A stretch of DNA of 63,194 bases, the filler included, from Octopus bimaculoides (Eukaryota), in assembly GCF_001194135.2 (NCBI RefSeq). It is 5 parts of 5 records of this genome, joined end to end, with 100 filler letters (N's around TTAATTAATTAA, not from the genome) between each part and the next. Parts side by side here need not be neighbours in the genome. Positions count along the whole stretch, not along the records: positions 31,280 to 45,505 come from NC_068992.1; positions 45,606 to 55,444 come from NC_068999.1; positions 55,545 to 60,630 come from NW_026364685.1; 2 more parts are not named here. One strand, 5' to 3'. Positions within the stretch are counted from its first letter, which is position 1; every line of letters begins with the position of its first letter. The position numbers and the translations under genes were made by a program. The notes beneath the pieces are model-generated. The model made no database searches and was not told the DNA's origin. It saw nothing but the letters and a program-made list of their open reading frames with translations. Of this stretch, positions 43,233 to 56,240 are shown in pieces.

Positions 43233-44859
43233 TTCGTCTGTACCGGAAAAACATCTGGATCTTTGCCCGCTAAGAAACATTCCAAATACCAACTTTTCCA
43301 TTTATATCAAAGGAACGGAAACACAACAGTCGAATTCCGTTTATATAAAGAAAATGTGTTTACTAAGAAATACAAACCAAAACTAAATACTTTGTAACAA
43401 AACAGAATGAGAAAATACAGAATAAACGACTCCGATAACCATTTAGAAGCAACGAAAAATAATAAAAGAAAATCAAAAGTTGAAGAAGCAGGCTTCGAAT
43501 CTCTAACTTTAAGCTACTGGCTCCATATTGTCACAACCCTTTCACGTGGTTTTTTTCATCAGCTAAAGAGGTTTACCAGAATTATGCGCTTAGATTTATA
43601 CGTGAGATATTTGGAAATGGATGACGGCTAATGATGCCCGTTCTTTCTGTCAATTAATGAGCAGCATGCCAGTCATCAAATGTAGTACATTTATCCAGGA
43701 CCCACTAAACGTAACTTATTGAAAATGTCAACAGTGCCCATCTCAACATTCCTAAAAAAGGGCAGATGTTCAATAAACTGAGAATAATTACCAATGACAT
43801 AAGGTCAAAGCTTGAAATCCTCGCAAGAACTGCAACAGAAACTAAGATGAAGAAACAGGAACATCACTACGAACAACAAAATCAAACTCCTGTGTGCATT
43901 TGCATCTTCTATTTCTCTGTGTGCTGTGGGATATAGATTTTAAGAGCAGAGTTCGAAGATACAGATAAGAAATTAAGATGCTACTACACAATCTTAGGTA
44001 CTTCAACTTTGGATTATATTACAGATAAAATGAGATGATGGAGCCATCGAGTATCACAGGACAAGAAGCGGATACACAAGTTATTTGCAGAGGTCTAAGC
44101 TCTCGCACACAACGGCACACGGGGAAAACTGATATACAATTTGTCTCAACGGACTCCCAACGACTCCATCAGTAACTGGTGTATAAAAGACAAGACATAA
44201 AACTATATTACGCGCACATACGTATACATGCACGCATATATATATATATATATATANNNNNNNNNNNNNNNNNNNNNNNNNNNNNNNNNNNNNNNNNNNN
44301 NNNNNNNNNNNNNNNNNNNNNNNNNNNNNNNNNNNNNNNNNNNNNNNNNNNNNNNNNNNNNNNNNNNNNNNNNNNNNNNNNNNNNNNNNNNNNNNNNNNN
44401 NNNNNNNNNNNNNNNNNNNNNNNNNNNNNNNNNNNNNNNNNNNNNNNNNNNNNNNNNNNNNNNNNNNNNNNNNNNNNNNNNNNNNNNNNNNNNNNNNNNN
44501 NNNNNNNNNNNNNNNNNNNNNNNNNNNNNNNNNNNNNNNNNNNNNNNNNNNNNNNNNNNNNNNNNNNNNNNNNNNNNNNNNNNNNNNNNNNNNNNNNNNN
44601 NNNNNNNNNNNNNNNNNNNNNNNNNNNNNNNNNNNNNNNNNNNNNNNNNNNNNNNNNNNNNNNNNNNNNNNNNNNNNNNNNNNNNNNNNNNNNNNNNNNN
44701 NNNNNNNNNNNNNNNNNNNNNNNNNNNNNNNNNNNNNNNNNNNNNNNNNNNNNNNNNNNNNNNNNNNNNNNNNNNNNNNNNNNNNNNNNNNNNNNNNNNN
44801 NNNNNNNNNNNNNNNNNNNNNNNNNNNNNNNNNNNNNNNNNNNNNNNNNNNNNNNNNNN

Positions 44860-44891
<32 letters not shown>

Positions 44892-44916
44892 TGTATGGAC
44901 ATATACGTATGTGTAT

Positions 44917-44954
<38 letters not shown>

Positions 44955-45118
44955 GTATATGGACATATACGTATATATATGTACATATATGTGTGTGTGT
45001 ATGTATACTCACACACACTTGCACGTGTATACGCTAACACATCAAACTTCTATGTATATACGTATATATACATTCATTTACACATGCACACACAGATATC
45101 TGTGTGTGTAATCTGTGT

Positions 45119-45157
<39 letters not shown>

Positions 45158-45306
45158 GCTGTTGTTGTCAGTTGGCGATTTCTTCCTGTTAGGTTGAGCA
45201 AACATTATGGACGACAAAATTAGGCGTAACATACAGTTGTACGCAAACGTGTATGTAAATACTTTACCACGTCTGTGCGTGAATGATTTGAGTATAATAC
45301 ACACAG

Positions 45307-45361
<55 letters not shown>

Positions 45362-45367
45362 AACGTA

Positions 45368-45505
45368 TATACAGGGTTGGCCAAAAATCACCTGACAGTA
45401 AATCAAAACCATTTAATTCCAAGATTTATTTATGTTTAAGAATTGAATGAATTTAATAAAAGCATCTAAATATGAAACATCATGGAAATTTTTCAAACTG
45501 AAGTC
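45368..45505 (+). mobile_element. Tc1/mariner-type left end, truncated by a linker
   Basis: ta-cagggttggccaaaa terminus. Confidence 0.45.
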
Positions 45506-45605
45506 NNNNNNNNNNNNNNNNNNNNNNNNNNNNNNNNNNNNNNNNNNNNTTAATTAATTAANNNNNNNNNNNNNNNNNNNNNNNNNNNNNNNNNNNNNNN
45601 NNNNN

Positions 45606-46170
45606 GAGGACCAATGTTCGAAGGTCGTGCCTCACCACCTCATCCCAGGTCTTCCTAGGCCTACCTCTTCCACAGGTTCCCTCAACTGCTAGGGTGTGGC
45701 ACTTTTTCACACAGCTATCCTCATTCATTCTCGCCACATGACCATACCAGCATAATCGTCTCTCTTGCACACCACAACTGATGCTTCTTTGGTTCAACTT
45801 TTCTCTCAAGGTACTTACACTCTGTCTAGTATGCACACTGACATTACACATCCATTGGAGCATACTGGCTTCATTCCTTGCGAGCCTACACATGTCCTCA
45901 GCAGTCAGGGCTCATGTTTCACTCACTGCCATGTAGCATGGCTGTTCGAACACATGCATCATACAGTCTGCCTTTTACTCTGAGAGAGAGACCCTTTGTC
46001 ACCAGCAGAGGTAAGAGCTCCCTGAACTTTGCCCAGGCTATTCTTATTCTAGCAACTACACTTTCAGTGCACCCTCCCCCACTACTAACTTGGTCACCTA
46101 GATAGCGGAAGCTATCAACCACTTCTAGTTTTTCCCTGGAATGTGGCAGAAGTTGTTTTCTGCACATTTA
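45606..46170 (-). mobile_element. RTE-clade LINE ORF2 C-terminal region
   Basis: Encodes EKLEVVDSFRYLGDQVSSGGG...KGRLYDACVRTAMLHGSE and RRLCWYGHVARMNED...GRGRPRKTWDEVV. Confidence 0.92.
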
Positions 46171-46854
46171 CAGTGTTTATAGCTCAGTCAATTCAAAAAG
46201 ACACAGAGAAAAGAAAAAGTAAAACAAACAAATGTGTGGATGTAGCACAAACAATGTATTAATAAGACATTCAGAGAAGGAAAAGAGTAGTAATTTTATG
46301 TTTCGAGCATAGCTCTTCTTCAGAAACAAGAAAAACAAGAAAGTCCAAGATGAAAAAGGTAAAAATATCGCCAGCAATCACATGCAGTTACATTTCTGAA
46401 GTAACTAGAAGTAGAAATGCTTTCTGGCACATGAGAGTGTGAAAATGGTCAGTATGTGTGTGTGGTAGAGTGTGTATGAATGGTAGCGTGTGTGTAATAG
46501 TAATTGCATGCGTGTGTGTGTGTGCGCATATGGTGGTAACTGTGTGCATGTGCATATGCGGTGTGTGTGTGGTAGGATTTGTGTGCATGTGTGTTAGCGT
46601 CATTTTGAAAGGTCAACAGCTATAGTGTCATATGTGAATGGGTGGGTGTGGTAGTGTGTGTGTTTGTGTGCTTGCATGTGTGCATGGATGGAAGGGCCAA
46701 TAGTGAGGCAGAGGCAGTCTGAAGATGGTTTGAGAATGGGTGGGTATGGCTGTGTGAATGGATGTGTGTGTGAGTGTATGTGTTGACATGTGTGCATAGA
46801 CAGAGTGGGATTGTGTATATGTGTGTGTGCACATTTTGTTAACAGAAATATCAT

Positions 46855-47172
46855 GTCATTAAGAATGAAATATGTCTGATTTTGAACTACACCTAAATTA
46901 TCAACATAATTTTGCCATTTTATCAGTAGTTTATTTATTCTGGAGAGCAAGAGGTGATGAAATCACGAAAGGCTGTTTTTTACATCTTCTTCAGATTTGA
47001 AGTTTTTTCCTTGCAAAAAGTTGTCTAATGCCTAGAAAACGTCATTGTCAGTTGGTGCAAGGTGCGGCGGATATGGTGGATGACAGAGTACTTTCAAGTT
47101 CAGTTCCTGTAACTTGAGTAGCATTCTTTGTGCAACATGTGGTCTTGCAAAAGAAAATTGGCCTGTCTCTAC
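46855..47172 (-). mobile_element. Mariner transposase 3' fragment
   Basis: Encodes LKVLCHPPYPPHLAPTD..F.ALDNFLQGKNFKSEEDVKTAFRDFI. Confidence 0.8.
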
Positions 47173-47464
47173 NNNNNNNNNNNNNNNNNNNNNNNNNNNN
47201 NNNNNNNNNNNNNNNNNNNNNNNNNNNNNNNNNNNNNNNNNNNNNNNNNNNNNNNNNNNNNNNNNNNNNNNNNNNNNNNNNNNNNNNNNNNNNNNNNNNN
47301 NNNNNNNNNNNNNNNNNNNNNNNNNNNNNNNNNNNNNNNNNNNNNNNNNNNNNNNNNNNNNNNNNNNNNNNNNNNNNNNNNNNNNNNNNNNNNNNNNNNN
47401 NNNNNNNNNNNNNNNNNNNNNNNNNNNNNNNNNNNNNNNNNNNNNNNNNNNNNNNNNNNNNNNN

Positions 47465-48127
47465 AAGAAAGAAGAGGCCTACTATTACACAGGTGTATAA
47501 GTGGATAAAAAGTTCATGGAACGCTGTAAAAGAAGTAGTAGTTGTGAAATCATTTTAAAATTGTGGCATTAGTAATGCCCTTGATGGTACTGAGGATGAT
47601 TTATTGTTTGAAGAAGAGGTGATGACCTAGATCCTATTGTAGAGAATTCCAGTGATGAAGAGAGTACCAGTAATATGCATGGCAACAATGAGAATGAGTA
47701 ACTGTAACTATCAATAGGAATTCATCACATTTATTCTACTTTGTGATTGGTTTGTATCAGTATATTTGCTTTTTGTTTGCATGTACCAGGATTCATTGAT
47801 ACCAATGTATATTTCTTTTTTGCTATGGCAAATTTAATTTAGTTTCCTTTAAAGACGAGTGTAGAGCTACATATGATTTCATACTTTATTTCAGTATATT
47901 GTTACAATATGCAGAGAATCATACAATACAGTATCTTATGTAATATGCACAAAATCATACAATATTTTATGCACAGAATCATACAATTTTCCTTACAAGA
48001 CCACTTCAAAATATCTTTCAATAAATGTATGATGAAACATACTAAGATTGTTTTTTTCCACAAAATATCTTTGTAAAATAGGGATGTGTCTTATGTGAGG
48101 GTATGTCCAATGCACTGGCAAATACAG
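47465..48127 (+). mobile_element. pogo/Tigger transposon 3' part
   Basis: Encodes RPTITQVYKWIKSSWNAVKEVVVVKSF.NCGISNALDGTEDDLLF (DDE_1 C-terminus), with a degenerate terminal sequence near 48080-48127. Confidence 0.7.
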
Positions 48128-48533
48128 TGTATATATACAGAACAGATTTAGATGGAATACAAAAATACAGCAAACTAAGGAGAGAGGGCATGATATTTCA
48201 GGTCTGACAGATTATCTCAAAAGGAACTGAATCACTGGTCTGTGACTTTATATGCAAATAGAATGAATCTCTTTACTGATATGCTGTATTGTAACACATG
48301 TAAAAAAAATTAAAGTACAAATTAAAGCTGCTCTAATAATGTAAACATTATTAGTCACACATACATAGCATATGTGTTTTGTTCATATGCCAAAATTTGC
48401 TTTGGGATAGCATCCAGGGAAAGCTCCTTACACCATGCCAAATGTTAAAGAACACCGAATTGTTACAGATCAAGAGAGACAATTTGGCATCATTTAGGGA
48501 GCTTTCACTGGATGCTATCTTGGAGCAAATTTA

Positions 48534-48761
48534 TTGGGTTGTCCGGAAAGTTTGTGCTGATTTATAGTAGCTTACCTTTCGACTTATTTGCCATGAAACC
48601 ACCTCAATTCTGGAAAGAGGGTATTTTCAAGTTAAAGGAAAGATGGAGACGCATTGTGCAACAAAATAGTTCATATTTGGTTGATGAAAAATGTAATGGC
48701 AAGTATTTATTGACCTTTTTCTTTCCTTTAAAAATCGGCACAAACTTTCCGGACAACCCAA
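48534..48761 (+). mobile_element. Internally deleted mariner (228 bp) with TA TSD
   Basis: Perfect 24-bp TIRs ttgggttgtccggaaagtttgtgc. The interior encodes FWKEGIFKLKERWRRIVQQNSSY. Confidence 0.93.
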
Positions 48762-48819
48762 TAGCATATGAACAAAACTCATATGCTATGTATGTGCGAC
48801 CAATAATGTTTACATTATA

Positions 48820-49032
48820 AAGCAGCAAGCTGGCAGAAACATTAGCATGCCGGGTGAAATGCTTAGTGGTATTGCATCTGTCTTTATGTTCTGAGTTCAA
48901 ATTCCGCAGAGGTCAACTCTGCCTTTCATCCTTTTGGGGTCGATAAATTAAGTATTAGTTGCATACTGGGGTTGATCTAATCGACTGGCCCCCTCCCCCA
49001 AAATTTTGGGCCTTGTACCTAGAGTAGAAAAG
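48820..49032 (+). mobile_element. SINE family 1 with 17-bp TSD
   Basis: aataatgtttacattat at 48802-48818 and 49033-49049. Confidence 0.9.
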
Positions 49033-50679
49033 AATAATGTTTACATTATTAGAGATGCTTTTAATTTGTAATTTAATTTTCTTTCACATGTGCTATGCCA
49101 CAGCATGTCAGCAAATAAATTTCCCTCTATTTGAATACAAGTTGCAGACCATGCAGACCAGTGATTCACTTTATTTGGAGATGGTCTGAGTACATGGTAT
49201 TGAGAAGCCATAATAATGATGAAATATTGGTATGTACCATTCTTGGTCATCCAAGGTGAATTGTCTCACCTGGTTTGTGACAACCTGAAAGGGAGCTTTC
49301 CCTGGATGCTATCTTGCAACAAATTTGACATATAAACAAAACACATACACTATATATGCGCAACTGATAATATATGTATCATCATCATCATCATCATCCA
49401 CATATATATAAAACATAGAAATACACATACTCATACAGAACATGCCTCTACAGGTGATCAGAATGCACAAGATATTTTACATCTATGATTGACCTGTCAA
49501 AACATTAGAGCAAGTAAATCAACTTTTCACGATACCATGACCTTTGTCCTTTACAAATCACCTTTGATACTTTTAAAGATTTTCAGTTTAGACAACTTTT
49601 GCTATTTCATGATGCCAGTACATTTTGATTGTCTTTTAATGTTTTTTTTTTCTTCATAAAATACCCTTCCTCCTCTTCTTGTATGTACATATATACCCAT
49701 ACATACATACATACCAAATAATATGAACAAGCGTTACAGAGTGGTGTTAAATCCTAAACAATTAAAATCAGTAATTCAGTTTCAATTCCAGTTGAATATT
49801 TTTAATTGCACACAAGATAATGGTTTAATTAGAGAAAAAATAGTAACACCCAAGACCTTCTTAGGGGTTTCTGAAGTGTGTAGGAGGGAGGGAAGATGTT
49901 ATGTTTAGTCCAGAAATGCTTGCAAAAGAATGGGCTTCAATAATGACACCCAGATGATGAATTAAGTGTAACACAGTGTTTCGAGACTAATAAGACTTTT
50001 GAAAACCAGAAGCAATGGTAACAAAAGCTGCTGAGCAGTGGGACTGAACTCAAAGCCCGGTAGTGGTGAAGCAAATGTCTTAACTACAGAGCTGACATTC
50101 CCATGCTTTGTGTGTGAATGTAGCTGAGAAATTATTTGTGTTATCCACACTATTCTACAAATGAAGTTTTCAATAATATCAATAAAATATAATCAAGACA
50201 GCAAGACACTTTCATTCATTTCACATATATGTTTGTGTATATACACAAAAGTGTACATACCTGCATGTGCATCTCCTACAGCTGTGTATAAACCTGTTAA
50301 TACACAGGAGTGACAACTTCAGTCAGACTCAAAGTTTCACCTGTATGTAATAAAACTGTGTGTACATTCACAACATATTGTTACATCAATATGGTGTCAC
50401 AGGAAGGTTATTCATTCTACAATGTCTTGGAAATTACAAAGAGACATACTGAGAGTTCTAACAAATACCATGTTTGCAATCCAGAAAGAAATAAGAAAAG
50501 GATATAAAAAATATGTAGAATCAATTAAAAATAATGTTAGTCCTGCTTGGTATCTGAATTTCTCCATGGAAAATGACAAAAATGAGTGAATAACACATTG
50601 TGTATCATGACATGTACACAAATCACATCCATGAAACATTAAGAAATTACATCCATGAAACACATTAAGAAATTATATA

Positions 50680-51064
50680 CATAGATCACACCCACTGATT
50701 ATGCACTCACATTACACACACTGATCCCCCCACACATACGCACACAGACCAATCACATAAATCAGGGAGTGGAATCAGACAGGCAGCTTATACACAGATC
50801 CCATACACACATCACATTAATGGATCACACAAAGAAAACACACACATAAAACATCTAAACAAAACACAATCACAGACCACACCCATAAATCACACACATA
50901 TCAAGCATAGATAATACCCATGTACCACACACACAGAACACACAAACAGATAAAACCAACAGATCATATCCACGGATCACATTCATGTGTTACACCCAAA
51001 AGTTGTACCAGAAAATTATACACAGGTCGCACATATAGATCATATGTACAGGTCATAAACACTG

Positions 51065-51099
<35 letters not shown>

Positions 51100-54000
51100 A
51101 CACACACACGCACACACACACACATTGCATACATAGATTAAAATCTAAGTATTCCACCCAGAAGTCACACATAGATCACACCCACATAATATACCTATGC
51201 ATCACTCACACAAATGACACCCACAAATCAGATCAACAAATAAGATCTAAGTATTGCACAGATAAACCACACAATCTAATTGCACCCACAAATCACATTC
51301 ATGGCTAACACTTACAGAGCGGATATACAGATGACACACATATATCACACCTACATATCACAACTGCAGATTACATAAATCATATCTATAGATCAATCCA
51401 ATAGACTGCAAAAGATCACATACATAGATAACACCTACAAACCACACACACACACACACACACAGATCACATCCACAGATTATAAACATAGATCACACTT
51501 ATAGATCAGAAAGATATCATAGACAGCTTACACCTACAGATAAAACACACATTACACACTTCAATCGCATATACAGATAATGCACACATCACACCCATAG
51601 ATCATATACCCAGACCATACACAGAGATCACATCCACAAATCACACTGAAAGTAACACCATAGATCACACCTACAGATCTCAACTATAGATAACACATGA
51701 GATTACACCAATATACACTGATCTCACAGATAACACCAAGAAATCTCACCCAAAGGCCATACACACACACATACACACAAATCACAACTATAGGTTACAT
51801 TCATAGATGATATCCTCAGGACACAGTCAATAATCACAACAGATAACATAGAGTACACATATCACATTTAAAACTCACATTCATACAAGGGTGAGCTGAA
51901 AAGTTCATAGGCTGACTATGAAGGCGTCATGCTAGATGTGTGAATGTTTGCATGCATCAGTTTCAATCCTTCTTATTAATAACTACATTGTTTCTTTCCA
52001 GGTAAATTGACATCTGACTGCTCAAAGACTTCAAATGTAACTAGTAGTGACTTCTCTTGAAAATGGGCAAAATTTGGCATTGTGGTGTTATCAAATACCT
52101 GTAGAAAAAGAGTTCAGCCCCCAAGGACATTCATGTTGACATAGTTTCTAAATTAGGGGATGATGCTCCAGCTTTATCAACAATGCAAAAGTGGGCAACT
52201 GAAGTTAGGAAGGGAAGGGAGAGTCTTTGAAAATGATCCAAGGTCTGGATGACCTGCAAGTGCCACCACCAAGGAAAACATTGATTGTGTTCACCACTTG
52301 CTAATGGATGACAGGCAACTGACAATAAATCAAATAGCCAACGCTATTAGCATATCCCACGAGAGAGTTGAGACTATTCTGCACAAGGAACTTAGCATGA
52401 CAAACATTTCTGCTCAGTGGGTGCCACATTTGACACCTGATCAAAAGCACACTGGGATGCTCATATCATGGAAAAATCTGACACTGTTTGAGGCAAATCC
52501 AGCTGGTTTCCTTGAATGTTTCCTAAGAGACAATTCAGGCAGTGAAACAGCTCTCCTCACCTGCTCCTAAGAAGGTCCAGGTTTTTTTCATCTTCGGGGA
52601 AAGTGATGACCTTGTTTTTTTGGGATGTAAAAGGCATTGTATTTATTGACTATCTTCAAAAGAGCCACACCATCAATGGAGTACTATGCCAAATTGCTGA
52701 GGTAGTTATCGAAAGTCTATCAAGACCAAATGCCTATGAAAGGGATCTTGATTCATCAGGACAATGTTCCAGCACACAAATCCTAGGTTTCAATGGGTGC
52801 TATGCATGATTGTAGCTTTGAACTGATTGATTATCTATTCTCCTGATTTGGGTCCATCTGACCATCATCTGTTATCTAACATGAAAAATCACTTGACTGG
52901 AAACTAGTATTGCAGTGAGGATGATGTCTTATCTGCTGTTGATACTTTTTGACAAACAAAATGAAAGCTTCTTCACCAATGGGATCCAAGCACTGCAATA
53001 CTGATGGAAGAAGTGTGCAGACTGCAAGGAGAATTTTGTTGAAAACTAAACCTCCTTTGGTCACATTCGATGAGAGTATCTTGGTTAGCCTATGAACTTT
53101 TCATCTGATCCTCGTAGACCACACCAACAAAAGAAATCCAAAGATCACACCCATAAATCACAACCACAACACATAACTATAGAGCATACCAATAGATCCC
53201 ACACACTGATAACATCCAAAGACCATGCATATGGATCAGATAAATAGATCATACCCATAGTTAAAATGCTAAAGATCAAACTTATAGATCACACCCACAT
53301 GACACCCATAGATTATGCCCACTGGGTTACACACACAAATCCCACACTCACATAATGCACAGATTTCTTTCAACAGCCATTGCTCAAGCCTAGATTACAC
53401 ATTCAGAGACCACTCACACAGATCACACCTATAGATCTCACACACAGAGAATACATGCACTCATTACAAACATGAATCACATACACTCACACCTTTAGAT
53501 CACACAAAGATCACATCCATAGATAATATATCACAAACACCAATCACATACAAAGGTTACATCCACAGTTCACTCACACACATCACCCCACAGATAATAC
53601 TTAGAGATGAGACACACACATCAAACACATAGATCACCCCATAAATCAAACCTGTATATCAAGCACACATCACACCCATTGTTCACACCAATATTACACC
53701 TAAATATCGCATAGATACAGATCACACCCATGCACAGATTATACACACAACACAGATCAGAACTACAGAGCATACTCTCACATCATACCCATAGACCACA
53801 TCTATAGAGCACCACCACAGGTCACATACACAAATCCCACCTACAGATCATCCTCACAGGTCACAACCTTATTTTAGGTTCACAGGCTACAACCATAGAT
53901 AACAACCACAGACTACCCCCATATAATATATCAACCAATCATACCCACATGTCATACCCATACATGAAATCCATAGATCAAACCCACTGATCACACACAC

Positions 54001-54170
54001 ATCTTACACAGACATCCTAAGTATTGATAACATCAAGGGATCACACATAGGTCTTATCCACAAATCCATTTCACAGTTCACATCCTTAGTTCACACCCAT
54101 AGATCATACACTTATAGATGGCACCAACTGATCATATACATGATCACTCAGATTACACCCACACACATCA
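50680..54170 (+). repeat. Degenerate CA-rich minisatellite, unit about ATAGATCACACCC
   Basis: Dozens of agatcacacccata variants; the strand is strongly G-poor. Confidence 0.75.
51886..53114 (+). mobile_element. Mariner transposon, near full length, decayed
   Basis: TA-flanked TIRs caagggtgagctgaaaagttcataggct / agcctatgaacttttcatctgatcctcg. Motifs DDRQLTINQIA, SAQWVPHLT and FWDVKGIVFIDYL. Confidence 0.92.
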
Positions 54171-55444
54171 GTAGGTAGTAAACAGCAGGTACACAAGAGT
54201 CATCTTGACTATAGCAGACATATCACTCTTCACCTATAAAGAGCAGGTCTACCAGTCTTCCACTTCATAAAGTATTACACAGGTGTCACCTTCTATATAG
54301 CAGATACTCCAGTGTCACTCTAAATATAACAGATACACCAGTTGTTACACCAGTCACCCAGTATATAACAGATACATCATTATCACACAAGCTACAACAA
54401 CTACACCAGTGTCAACACTTATATATAGCAGGTGCACCGTTTGTAACTCAGCATATCACCAGATGTATGGTTGGTGCAGAAGAGTCCTCTGTGTATAACA
54501 AGCATACTAGTGTCAACTTATATATATACTAAGCACACTCAGTATACAACAGATACACTAGTAACATATTGTATAAAGCACATACACCATCATCATTTTG
54601 TATAAAGTAGGTATACCAGTGTTACTCTGTATATACTAAGTACACCAATGTCACACTTCTAAAGATTGAACATCAATACCACCTGCATATACAACAGCTA
54701 ACATACCATACATTTGTTGCCATTTGTATATAGTAGGAACACCATTGTATATAAAAAGTACATCTGTGTTATACTGTGAGTAGCAGATGGTTCAGTATAA
54801 TGCAGGTACACAGGAACATGTAGTTAAGTATCAACATGTATATATAACATGTAGATCAGTATCAACTCCTCACATATAGTGAATATGTCAAAGTCATCCA
54901 GTATATAACATGTACATCAGTGTCACCCTACGTATAGCATTTACATAAATGTCATTCTGTATGTAACAATTGTCACCCTATATAAATAGTAGATACATTG
55001 GTATCCTTCTGTATACACTAGGTACACCAGTTGTCACCCTGTATACTTCATGTGTACCAGTTGTCACTCTGTGTAGGTATTTTAACCCTTTAGCATTTAA
55101 ACTGGCCATATCCAGCCCAAATATTCTACTTGTTTAGTATTCAAACCAGCCAGACCCAGGTTCTCACACCTACCTTACAATCTCATTCTAAAAATAAACA
55201 TTCACACCTTTAAAATCTTGAAGCTATGAGATAATGCATGATTAATTCAAAATAATTTGAATAAATAAGCGTTCCATTTAACAAAGTACTGTGAATGCTA
55301 AGGGGTGTATATCAAATACCCTGGTGTCACTGTATACAGCAGATACATCAGTTTCAACCTGTATAGAGGAAGTACACCAGTGTCACCTTGTATATACTAG
55401 GTATACTAGTGTCACCCTGAAAATAGGCACATGAGTATTATCCT
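54170..55444 (+). repeat. Second degenerate minisatellite, about 28-bp unit GTATATAGCAGGTACACCAGTGTCACCCT
   Basis: Recurrent tatatagcag.tacaccagtgtcacc variants. Confidence 0.75.
55086..55305. mobile_element. piggyBac-like MITE
   Basis: TTAA-ccctttagcatt ... aatgctaagggg. Homologous copy at about 13354-13582. Confidence 0.7.
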
Positions 55445-55544
55445 NNNNNNNNNNNNNNNNNNNNNNNNNNNNNNNNNNNNNNNNNNNNTTAATTAATTAA
55501 NNNNNNNNNNNNNNNNNNNNNNNNNNNNNNNNNNNNNNNNNNNN

Positions 55545-55908
55545 GCATGGGAATCATCTTAAACGTAAGACATTATGACCAATTATGAAAACAAGAGACG
55601 GATAAGGTTATGACTTGATTCATTTGAAAAATGAATGTGTATATGTATATGCGTATATGTATATGTGTATATGTGTATATGTGTATATGTATATGCGAAT
55701 CTGTTTATTTGATTAAGTAATAGGCGTAGATGTATAGCTATGTGTATGTGCATGAATATATTTCTATTTATACATGTGTGTATATGTAGATGGATACATA
55801 TGTGTGTATAGGGGGACACGCACACATGTGTATATTTGTATATGCATGGGTACGTATGTGCATATGTATAAATGTGGACGTATGAGTGTGTATATATATA
55901 TATGTATG

Positions 55909-55945
<37 letters not shown>

Positions 55946-56240
55946 GTATACACATGCATATACGGGTGCACATATGTGTGTGTGTGTGTATATGCATATA
56001 TATATATGTATATATGTGTGTGTGTGTGTATCAGTATGCATGTATATGTGTATGTTTGTGTATGTGTATTTATGTATGCATGTACGTTCTCACACATTGA
56101 TTGGTATGTGTTGTCCAACCCACTATCCTGTAGCGTCCAATTCTCTAACGGTTTTTTTCAAATGAATCAAGTCATAACCTTATCCATCTATTGTTTTCAT
56201 AATCGGTCATAATGTCTTACGTTTAAGATGATTCCCATGC
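55545..56240. repeat. Foldback element: at least 87-bp inverted arms around a TA/TG microsatellite core
   Basis: 55545-55631 versus 56154-56240, about 3 mismatches. Confidence 0.88.

Larger units (their letters stand above)
48196..49200. repeat. Foldback element (about 230-bp arms) whose right arm carries two nested insertions
   Basis: 48196-48428 is the reverse complement of 48497-48533 + 48762-48818 + 49050-49200, at roughly 80% identity by eye. Confidence 0.8.
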
